A stretch of DNA of 64,000 nucleotides from Alphaproteobacteria bacterium. GTDB taxonomy: Bacteria > Pseudomonadota > Alphaproteobacteria > Rs-D84. The number at the start of each line of letters is the position of its first letter. The stretch's first letter is position 1. Below are positions 56,935 to 64,000 of the stretch, piece after piece. The stretch is from the NCBI GenBank assembly GCA_017617915.1, contig JAFZVH010000053.1, forward strand, positions 355 to 64,354, read 5' to 3'. The translations under genes were made by a program, and so were the position numbers. The notes under the pieces were generated by a model, which worked only from the letters and a program-made list of their open reading frames with translations, ran no database searches and was not told the origin of the DNA.

Positions 56935-58244
56935 GAATAAAAACAAAAATCTTTTCCGGGCTAAATGCGCAGCGTGGAACAGTGCTGATAGAATTTTTGT
57001 TGACGATTGCGTTGGCGGCAACACTGATGCCTTTTATATACAGTTTCCAAATGCGTGCTGTCACGCGCGCAGAAAATGTTCGTGTGTCGCGCGAAATGCA
57101 AAGAATACAAAGCGTGTTTGAACATTATATAGTTCAGAACAAAGACAGTTTTCTGGGGTCGGTTGGGCGCAGCATAATTCGTGTAAATTTGTCTGATTTG
57201 CAAGATTATGGTTTGGATGAAAATTTTGTGTCTGCCGCCGCCGATAAGTACCAATTGCGTGTTTTAAAGTCCAAAGATGCAATGGGGCAGGCGACTTTAC
57301 AGGGCGCAATAGTTTTGAATAATCCAGAAATAACACCGTTGCGGACGCGCGAAATAGTATCACTAGGCGATGATAAAATTGGATTCATAGACGGCACACG
57401 TGCATACGGCGGTTTTGGTACATGGCGCGCAAACACCGCAGATTTTGGTATAGATGCGTCTTCGGGTATTATTCAAATGACCGCGATAAATCGTGATAAT
57501 TCGCTGTATTTGTGGCGGTTGCCAAGTAATAATCAAAGCGATGCAACAATGATGTCGGCATTGAATCTGGGGGCGCGCGATATTAAAAATGCGTCTTTTA
57601 TAAATGCAGGTGGGTTTTCACTGCAAGAAACATACGAAGCACAAAAGTTAGTTGTAAATGATTTGATATTTAACAACCGTACAACAATAGATTCTGAATA
57701 TAAAACCCAGAGTGCATTGGTTTCTGGCGCTTTGTCAGGTGATTCAAAAAATATCTCTGTTAGTGGAACATTTAATCTGGCAGATTTGGCCAAGGTTTCT
57801 TCGTTTACCGCGGATAATTTGTGGACAAATACTCTGACATTATCTGGGCTGTCGACACCATCTGGCGAAATTACAACTCTGCGCGCGGCAGGTGCTTTGG
57901 ATATGACCGAAGGTCGTGTAAATGCGCTTTATGTTACGGTCGGGTTCACAGGTTCAATAACATCGCGTCTTGGGGTGCGTGACAAGATTGTTGATTCGGT
58001 TGATCCTAACTTTTATTGGGATGCTAAATCCAAAGTTGCCAATCTGGTTGATATAAATTCACCGACTTTATCTGATTTGGCGGTCAAAGTTTTACGGCGT
58101 GAATCTGTATCTGGAACGATTGCAACGCGAGTGTTCTCTGCCGCGGCCGCAAACAAAAACGCAACAATGGGGGATTTTTTGAACGCAATAAACGAAATAG
58201 GAACAAATGTTCGTGCAAAATATCGGATGTTGAATTTACAATAA
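56931..58244 (+). CDS. giant prepilin-like protein 3
   Basis: ATGA overlap with the previous stop. MRIKTKIFSGLNAQRG|TVLIEFLLTIALAATLMPF. Motifs SALNLGARDIKN and GEITTLRAAG. The ORF-track TTG start at 56919 is possible. Confidence 0.65.
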   Translation: MRIKTKIFSGLNAQRGTVLIEFLLTIALAATLMPFIYSFQMRAVTRAENVRVSREMQRIQSVFEHYIVQNKDSFLGSVGRSIIRVNLSDLQDYGLDENFVSAAADKYQLRVLKSKDAMGQATLQGAIVLNNPEITPLRTREIVSLGDDKIGFIDGTRAYGGFGTWRANTADFGIDASSGIIQMTAINRDNSLYLWRLPSNNQSDATMMSALNLGARDIKNASFINAGGFSLQETYEAQKLVVNDLIFNNRTTIDSEYKTQSALVSGALSGDSKNISVSGTFNLADLAKVSSFTADNLWTNTLTLSGLSTPSGEITTLRAAGALDMTEGRVNALYVTVGFTGSITSRLGVRDKIVDSVDPNFYWDAKSKVANLVDINSPTLSDLAVKVLRRESVSGTIATRVFSAAAANKNATMGDFLNAINEIGTNVRAKYRMLNLQ

Positions 58245-58275
58245 TTTGTGGTATATCTATTACCAAGGGGTGACA

Positions 58276-58800
58276 ATGATGAAAGTAAAATGCGAAGTTT
58301 GTAAAACAGAATATTCTTTGCCAAATGCACCAAGTGGCGCTGTTCGCTGTGCGGTTTGTGGCAATGTTTGGCGTATTCAGTCGGGATCGCGCCGCACAAG
58401 CTTTATGGTTTTCTTTGCGTCACTCTGTGCGTTGCTTGCGGCGACGGTATTCGCGGTTGCGGTTATTGTTTCTTCGCGGCGTGATGATCCGGCAAAACGG
58501 CCATTGGTTGCGAGTATAGATAAGGTTGAAACGCTGCCAGAATCCGAAGGTTCGGCGCGCATTCGCGTAAATGGAACAGTTGTAAATCGTTCTGATGATA
58601 TCTATGGCTTGCCAGATTTAATAATAGTTCTGCACGATGAAAGTGGCACGCCAATCGCGCGTCAGCGGTTTATGCCATCGGCAACACTGTTGGATGCAGG
58701 TCAATCTGTACGATTTTCGCATGAATTGACGGGTGATGCATCGGCGGTCAAGAAAGTTTCTGTAGAGTTATTGGATGTAGATACAGGGGGGCAAAAATGA
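58276..58800 (+). CDS. zinc-ribbon (MJ0042-type) membrane protein with DUF3426-like C-terminal domain
   Basis: MMKVKCEVCKTEYSL...VRCAVCGNVW (CxxC...CxxC), one TM, then IRVNGTVVNRSDDIYGLPDLIIVLHDESG. SD AAGGGG. Confidence 0.65.
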   Translation: MMKVKCEVCKTEYSLPNAPSGAVRCAVCGNVWRIQSGSRRTSFMVFFASLCALLAATVFAVAVIVSSRRDDPAKRPLVASIDKVETLPESEGSARIRVNGTVVNRSDDIYGLPDLIIVLHDESGTPIARQRFMPSATLLDAGQSVRFSHELTGDASAVKKVSVELLDVDTGGQK

Positions 58801-59273
58801 AAAGACTTTTAATCGCATTGTTGTTTTGTGTGCCAATGATTGCGGGTGCGACTGATACACCACAAACCCCGCCACCACCGGCGCCAACGCCACGGATAAG
58901 CATTTTTTCAACAACGACTGATTGGGCGGCTTTGACGGGGCTGCCATTGCGTCAGTTCATTGGAAAGTTTAGTTGGACAAATTCAGATGTGTCGCGTGGG
59001 CTGGTGATGTACTATTTGGATGCGTTTCCTTGCTATGGCGAAGCGGACAGCGTCCGCATTTGGCTTGGGCCAAACAAACAGTCGACCGGTACACTGCGTT
59101 TGGTCTGTGTGCACGCACCCAAGACCATCAGTTTTACTTGGCGCAATGCAACGCGTGATGCAGATCAGGCGGTCAGTACAGGAATTTTGAATTGCCCTGT
59201 GACTGGCGAATACGAATTGGACATAGATATTTCAAAATGCACCCGCGGCCCTGAATGGAAGGAATACAAGTAA
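58797..59273 (+). CDS. small secreted protein with Pro-rich linker
   Basis: ATGA overlap. Signal peptide MKRLLIALLFCVPMIAGA, then TDTPQTPPPPAPTP. Four Cys residues. Confidence 0.55.
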   Translation: MKRLLIALLFCVPMIAGATDTPQTPPPPAPTPRISIFSTTTDWAALTGLPLRQFIGKFSWTNSDVSRGLVMYYLDAFPCYGEADSVRIWLGPNKQSTGTLRLVCVHAPKTISFTWRNATRDADQAVSTGILNCPVTGEYELDIDISKCTRGPEWKEYK

Positions 59274-59274
59274 T

Positions 59275-60234
59275 ATGGCGGACACAGTGCGTGAATTTAT
59301 TGTTTCTGGTGATGCAGTTGGCACGCGGTTGGATAAGTTTTTAGCGACCGCGATGCCAGAATTTTCGCGCAGCGAGATTCAGCGTTTTGCGGTAACGCGC
59401 AACGGCACCGCGGTAAAGTTTTCTGAAAAGACAAAACAGGACGATAAAATCACAGTTAAAATTCCGCCACGCGAAACAGATGTTGCAACCGATAATATTT
59501 CCGATGAACTGGATTTAGAAATTTTATACCAAGACGATGACATTATCGTGGTGAACAAGCCGCGTGGTGTGGTTATGTATCCGTCTGCGGGCAACAAGAC
59601 TGGCACATTGGTGCAAAATATTTTGTCTATAACGCATTTATCTGCGTTGGGTGGGCGGGTGCGCCCTGGGGTGGTGCATCGCTTGGATAAAGATACAAGT
59701 GGTGTTGTGGTTTTGGCAAAGTCTGACGCGGCGTATCGCGGATTGGTTCAGATCTTTTCTACGCACGATTTGACACGGCGATATATTGCTTTTGTTTGGG
59801 GTGTCCCAAATTGGACAGGTGCCGACATAACGGGCAATATTGCGCGGTCTTCGCGAAATCGGCAAAAAATGACAATGGTTAAATCTGGGGGCAAGCCGGC
59901 GCACACTTCGGTCGAGGTTTTGTCCGCATGGCCGCGCGCAGGGGTGTCAGAGTTTCGCTGTACCTTGTTGACTGGGCGTACACACCAAATCAGGGTGCAT
60001 TTGTCTTCGCATGGTTTTCCTGTTTTGTGCGACCCGATATACGGTCGTGCGGGTGCGCGTCTGGGGTCGGTTCGCGATGGCGATTTGTTGGAGTTTTTGC
60101 GGACACATTCCGGTCAGATGCTGCATGCCCAAATTTTGGAGTTTAATCATCCGATAACTGGCGAAAAAATGAAGTTCAAAACAGATTTGCCAGATGATAT
60201 GCAGGAATTGCGATATATTTTGGAACAGTGTTAG
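59275..60234 (+). CDS. rluD: RluA-family 23S rRNA pseudouridine synthase (RluD-like, S4 domain)
   Basis: S4-like N-terminus (RLDKFLA), catalytic HRLDKDTSGVVVLAK, GRTHQIRVH. Confidence 0.88.
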   Translation: MADTVREFIVSGDAVGTRLDKFLATAMPEFSRSEIQRFAVTRNGTAVKFSEKTKQDDKITVKIPPRETDVATDNISDELDLEILYQDDDIIVVNKPRGVVMYPSAGNKTGTLVQNILSITHLSALGGRVRPGVVHRLDKDTSGVVVLAKSDAAYRGLVQIFSTHDLTRRYIAFVWGVPNWTGADITGNIARSSRNRQKMTMVKSGGKPAHTSVEVLSAWPRAGVSEFRCTLLTGRTHQIRVHLSSHGFPVLCDPIYGRAGARLGSVRDGDLLEFLRTHSGQMLHAQILEFNHPITGEKMKFKTDLPDDMQELRYILEQC

Positions 60235-60275
60235 CAACCACTAACCATTTACACTAACCACTAACACTAATTTTC
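60232..60275. repeat. TAGTG-rich repeat (two tandem right-arm copies)
   Basis: TAGCAACCACTAACCATTTACACTAACCACTAACACTAATTTTC. Begins at the rluD stop codon. Confidence 0.7.
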
Positions 60276-60332
60276 ACTTTTCTTTTCTTTATCTGTATGA
60301 TATAATAAATTGATATCAAAAGAGGATAGGGA

Positions 60333-62165
60333 ATGAACGTTCTTTCTAAAATAGTCAGTTTTTTGGCGGTTTTCTGCGTGAGTCAGGCGGCAGATGCGGC
60401 GCTGCGTGCGGGCGGTGCGGCCACAAATTCGGCGACATCGCGTGTATCGGTTGCGACCCCTGGGACAACCAGTATTGCATCACCGCGGCGTATGGCCGTG
60501 ATGACGCCGACATCGACAACCGCTGCGACAAGTGCGTCGCTTTTGGCGCAAACAGAGTGCGTTGATTCCTATACTTCTTGCATCAAAGAATCAAATGCTT
60601 GTGGTGAAAATTTTGAAGAATGCACAACAAACGAACTGTTTTACGCGCAAATGCCAAAATGTAACAGTGTTTTGATGCAATGTTCATCTGCGGGGATTTC
60701 GACCTTGTTCGGAACATCAAATACAGCCTATTTATCGGCCGAATATGCAAATTCATATCCCGCCCCAGGCAGTGTGATTGGCCAGTATATTTCGGCAGGT
60801 GAAATACTAAATCGTCTTGATACCGGCAAATGCGTGCAAAGATATACACTGTGTTTGAACGGATCTTCGGTTTGTGGATCGGATTTTGAATTATGCACAA
60901 CTAATGCTGAATTTAAAAAACAGAAGGTTTTCTGCGCGTCTACACTGGCACGGTGTCAGGACGAAGGAAAAATAGAATTATTTGGCACCACCGATACAAC
61001 CCAAGACCCTGTTGCGGACAGTCGGCTAAACCTCTTGATTGTTGCTGGTCGCGATTATGCGGCGGCGCATGCGGTGGATACTTGCTATAAAAAGGCGGAT
61101 ACTTGTATTTTAAGAGAATGCAAAAGCAATCCTCTGATGTGTATAGATGGCACGAACAAGTATCTGGCAGAATTGGCCGGTCAGATAAACAGTAATTCAA
61201 CGGCGGATCCTGAATCTGCAGGTGACACGATTCGTAAAACGGATATAGAAACGCGTTTGAAAAAACTGTGTGCCGATGACATTGGTGGCAGTTCTGAATG
61301 CCACATGGTTGCGAATAACAAAACAACACCACCGTCCAAGAAAGACTTGGTAGATGAGTATAACCGTGGAATTGTTTTGGATACAATTTATAATTTACGC
61401 ACAAATTTCGTTTCAGAAAAGATAGCGGCGGAATACGATGAATTCAATAACACTGCCAAAGATACATGTGCGGAAACGCTTAAATCTTGTGTGGTGCGTA
61501 CATGTGGTGATGGTGTTATGCCGGTTTGCTATCAAAAGGCGTTCAAGACCAATGATCAACCACTGTCGGTAAGTAACAATGAAACACGTGAAACCATCAA
61601 GACTGGCTGCGAATACATTGTAAATTCAGATGCAAGTTGTCAGTATATTGCGGCGAAAGCCAAGAATATTGGTGATTATACACCGGACAAAACATTTGAT
61701 ATCTTGTTCCCTGAATGGACGGCTAAATCCAGCAAAGATCCAATTGGGGTAATAAACTTGCTGAATGCGGATTTGCAAGCGATATACAGTGATGCTGCGA
61801 TTGCACAAATGGAAAAGAACTGCAAACAAGATGTTGTAGATTGTGTTCGTTCAAAGTGCGGTTCAGATTTTGCAAAATGCTATCGCAACAGAAGTGATAT
61901 TATGGGCGACACATATAACACAAGTGGTTCTGGAAATTCCGATGCTGTGGCCAGTTCGGTTGCGCGTAAGTTTGATGCCAGCATGAACAAAGTCAGTGGT
62001 ATTTTGGACTTTACCATTATTCGTGGGCTTTGTGAAAACGAAGTTCAAAACTCGTCTGCTTGTGAACAGCATTTACAGATTCAAAGGGCTAAAAATAGTT
62101 CTGGTCTGAAAACAAAACTTCAAACAAGTTTTGGTGTTCAGCAAACACAAACCAATGCGAAATAA
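60333..62165 (+). CDS. secreted cysteine-repeat protein
   Basis: Signal peptide ...VFCVSQAADA. Two repeats of about 90 aa (ECVDSYTSCIKESNACGENFEECTTNELF... and KCVQRYTLCLNGSSVCGSDFELCTTNAEF...). Three C-x6-C-x4-C-x6-C modules. Confidence 0.75.
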   Translation: MNVLSKIVSFLAVFCVSQAADAALRAGGAATNSATSRVSVATPGTTSIASPRRMAVMTPTSTTAATSASLLAQTECVDSYTSCIKESNACGENFEECTTNELFYAQMPKCNSVLMQCSSAGISTLFGTSNTAYLSAEYANSYPAPGSVIGQYISAGEILNRLDTGKCVQRYTLCLNGSSVCGSDFELCTTNAEFKKQKVFCASTLARCQDEGKIELFGTTDTTQDPVADSRLNLLIVAGRDYAAAHAVDTCYKKADTCILRECKSNPLMCIDGTNKYLAELAGQINSNSTADPESAGDTIRKTDIETRLKKLCADDIGGSSECHMVANNKTTPPSKKDLVDEYNRGIVLDTIYNLRTNFVSEKIAAEYDEFNNTAKDTCAETLKSCVVRTCGDGVMPVCYQKAFKTNDQPLSVSNNETRETIKTGCEYIVNSDASCQYIAAKAKNIGDYTPDKTFDILFPEWTAKSSKDPIGVINLLNADLQAIYSDAAIAQMEKNCKQDVVDCVRSKCGSDFAKCYRNRSDIMGDTYNTSGSGNSDAVASSVARKFDASMNKVSGILDFTIIRGLCENEVQNSSACEQHLQIQRAKNSSGLKTKLQTSFGVQQTQTNAK

Positions 62166-62201
62166 CAAACGGTACCAAATAAGAAAACAAGGGTGAACGA
62201 A

Positions 62202-63548
62202 ATGAAAAAATCGCTAATCTATATATTTCCTGCTATTATGTGCTTAGTGGGAACACATGCAGATGCTGTAACGGGTTGGGGAAACAATAAATCTGTTGCC
62301 AATGCATGGGGGACCGTTGCGCGTGGTTACACAATGAGCGAATACAAGTATGCTGATACAGATGAAAATTTGTGCATTGCAAATGCTGATCCTGACAACG
62401 GTTGTACAGAAGAAGAAGCAAACGAATTGTATGAATGTGGTACATCGGCAAATGGTTGCAAGTATAATGTAAAGATAACCTACACTGACTATCAGTTAAA
62501 ACTTGCCACCGATACCTTGTTTCAACAGGTTTTGGGTACCTTGGAACGCGAGGCCCAAGCGCAATATAATGCCAAACTGACCGAAGAACAAAATATGTGT
62601 GTCGCGGCAAACAGCGGTGGTGTTATGGGGCGCAAAGATATGACCGGTACATATCGCTGGGTAAAATTGAAAAAGAATAAAGTTCCAAAAAGTTATGCGA
62701 CCGCAGGTCTGACAGACAAAGATATAGATAAAAGTAATGATTTGTATGGCTCGTTCTGTGCGGCGCGTGTAACACTGCAATCGGACGATGCAGATATCCA
62801 AGAAGCGATTCGTTCGGGCTCCGCTTGGGCAACAACATATTTTGCGGTTGGCGATGTGTTCACTTGCGGTTCTTGGATTCCACAAGATGAATTGCGGAAT
62901 ATTGCAGAGACAGTTGCGAAAAGAAAATATGGCACAAAAAGCGATGCAACAGATTTAAGTTTGGAACAAATGTGGTGGACCGCGGGTGCCACATTGTTGG
63001 GAACAGGACTTTTTGCCGGTGGTGCAGATTTGTTACAGACCAAAACAGGACTGGGCGGTTTGATTAAGACAAGCAATCCACTGTCAAGTGACCAGCAGAA
63101 AGTTATTGGCTCTTATCAGGATGCTATGAGTGTTTACAGTACCGCGAAGTGTTCTGCTGGCAGTGAATCTAAGTTTGTTGAGTCGTATGATGGCTTTGCT
63201 GATGGAAAGACTCTGCGTAGTTATAGGAAAGACGCTAATGGCACAGCAACTTGTGGAGACGTCAAAACTTATTATACAGACTTAGAATCCAAGGTGAATG
63301 GTTATAATACGTCTTCGAATGATAAAAGGCGCCGTTGGGTTGATGTGGGTTTTGGTGCGGCGGGTGGTATTACGACTTTGTTAGCAACACGTGCATCTAT
63401 GCGGGAAGCAAATGCTAATCAGTGGGATAAAGATACCCAGGCGGCCGTTGATGAATTTATGGCCAATGTAGGCAGTCATATATTCTGCTTTATTGGTGCC
63501 GAGGAAGCCGGTACCTTTGGTGATGTCGTAGAAGTCGGCATGGAATAA
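62202..63548 (+). CDS. exported/membrane hypothetical protein
   Basis: Signal peptide MKKSLIYIFPAIMCLVGTHADA. Two Gly-rich hydrophobic segments (WWTAGATLLGTGLFAGG, VGFGAAGGITTLLA). Several Cys pairs. Confidence 0.7.
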   Translation: MKKSLIYIFPAIMCLVGTHADAVTGWGNNKSVANAWGTVARGYTMSEYKYADTDENLCIANADPDNGCTEEEANELYECGTSANGCKYNVKITYTDYQLKLATDTLFQQVLGTLEREAQAQYNAKLTEEQNMCVAANSGGVMGRKDMTGTYRWVKLKKNKVPKSYATAGLTDKDIDKSNDLYGSFCAARVTLQSDDADIQEAIRSGSAWATTYFAVGDVFTCGSWIPQDELRNIAETVAKRKYGTKSDATDLSLEQMWWTAGATLLGTGLFAGGADLLQTKTGLGGLIKTSNPLSSDQQKVIGSYQDAMSVYSTAKCSAGSESKFVESYDGFADGKTLRSYRKDANGTATCGDVKTYYTDLESKVNGYNTSSNDKRRRWVDVGFGAAGGITTLLATRASMREANANQWDKDTQAAVDEFMANVGSHIFCFIGAEEAGTFGDVVEVGME

Positions 63549-63617
63549 AATCCCCTTCGCTGGCGAAGGGGGGGACCGCGGGACGCGGTGGGGTAGTGGT
63601 GTCACACGCAGTGTGAC
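63549..63617 (+). repeat. multi-hairpin element, copy B
   Basis: P1 CCCCTTCG-ctgg-CGAAGGGG (63552-63571). P2 CCGCG-gga-CGCGG (63576-63588). Conserved GGGTAGTGG. P3 GTCACAC-gca-GTGTGAC (63601-63617). Confidence 0.7.
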
Positions 63618-63996
63618 AGTGATGTATGTTATGAAGATACCTGCTAATAAATCTTTGCGTGGACGTGCGCGTGAGTTGCGCAAGAATTCCACTTTGGCCG
63701 AAGTGTTGTTTTGGAATGTTGTTAAAAATAAACAATTAAATGGTTTAGATTTTGACAGGCAAAAGGTAATAGGAAATTATATCGTTGATTTTTATTGCCC
63801 ACAATTGAATGTTGTGATAGAGATTGATGGTTGTTCGCATGCAACTAAACAAGAATATGATAAGTCACGTGATGAATATTTGAAGTCTTTGGGGATGCAT
63901 ATATTGCATGTGTATGATGAAGATGTAAAGCGTGATATGGACGGTGTTTTGCGTATGGTGTCTGGTTTTTGTGAAAAGTATTTGCAAGATAAATGA
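63613..63996 (+). CDS. DUF559 (Vsr/restriction-endonuclease-like fold) domain protein
   Basis: ARELRKNSTLAEVLFWNVVKNKQLNGLDFDRQKVIGNYIVDFYCPQLNVVIEIDGCSH is the typical DUF559 core. The start is uncertain (GTG 63613, ATG 63622 or ATG 63631) and overlaps hairpin P3. Confidence 0.75.
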   Translation: MTVMYVMKIPANKSLRGRARELRKNSTLAEVLFWNVVKNKQLNGLDFDRQKVIGNYIVDFYCPQLNVVIEIDGCSHATKQEYDKSRDEYLKSLGMHILHVYDEDVKRDMDGVLRMVSGFCEKYLQDK

Positions 63997-64000
63997 ACCC

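Overview
This is a 64-kb chromosomal window from a low-GC Gram-negative bacterium; hand counts of single 60-nt lines mostly give 37-48% G+C. The organism is most likely a streamlined alphaproteobacterium-like lineage. That is an inference from an alpha-type SspB adaptor, a DUF4167 protein, the rsmG-parA-parB order, and LptD/LptFG/Pal/TolC envelope genes. I call about 60 protein genes and 3 tRNAs (Val-GAC, Cys-GCA, Val-TAC). I see no rRNA, CRISPR array, transposase or integrase.

Most of the window is housekeeping:
- Translation and RNA: ileS, metG, infC, infB, nusA, rpsO, pnp, truB, rluD, rlmN, mnmG, rsmG, rnpA.
- Replication and repair: recF, mutS, dnaX, nth, xseB, udg, parAB.
- Lipid synthesis and envelope: accBC, fabDG, gpsA, lptD, lptF/G, a surA-like gene, pal, skp, and a MacAB-TolC-type efflux operon.

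The non-core content sits in a few places:
1. 51986-59273: a cluster of four prepilin-like (class III signal) proteins. Three are paralogous and very large. They are coupled to an OmpA-domain lipoprotein, a zinc-ribbon/DUF3426 membrane protein and a small secreted protein. No pilus or secretion machinery is present in the window. This is my best candidate for an undescribed system.
2. 28721-30830: two paralogous secreted fibre-like proteins. The larger one ends in a sharply GC-rich, A-poor segment.
3. 29261-29397 and 63549-63617: a multi-hairpin element present twice, with compensatory base-pair changes. One copy is fused to a DUF559 gene.
4. 7465-8744: two diverged paralogous orphan genes, each followed by a copy of the queH 5' end.
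5. 39645-41144: two tandem orphan TrpF-like TIM-barrel genes embedded in the lptFG-lptD-surA-rlmN operon.
6. 60333-63548: a Cys-repeat secreted protein and a partner membrane protein.

I also see a dispersed TAGTG-rich intergenic repeat family, parS-like palindromes upstream of parA, and two structured leader/sRNA candidates. All product calls come from reading motifs by eye. No searches were run.
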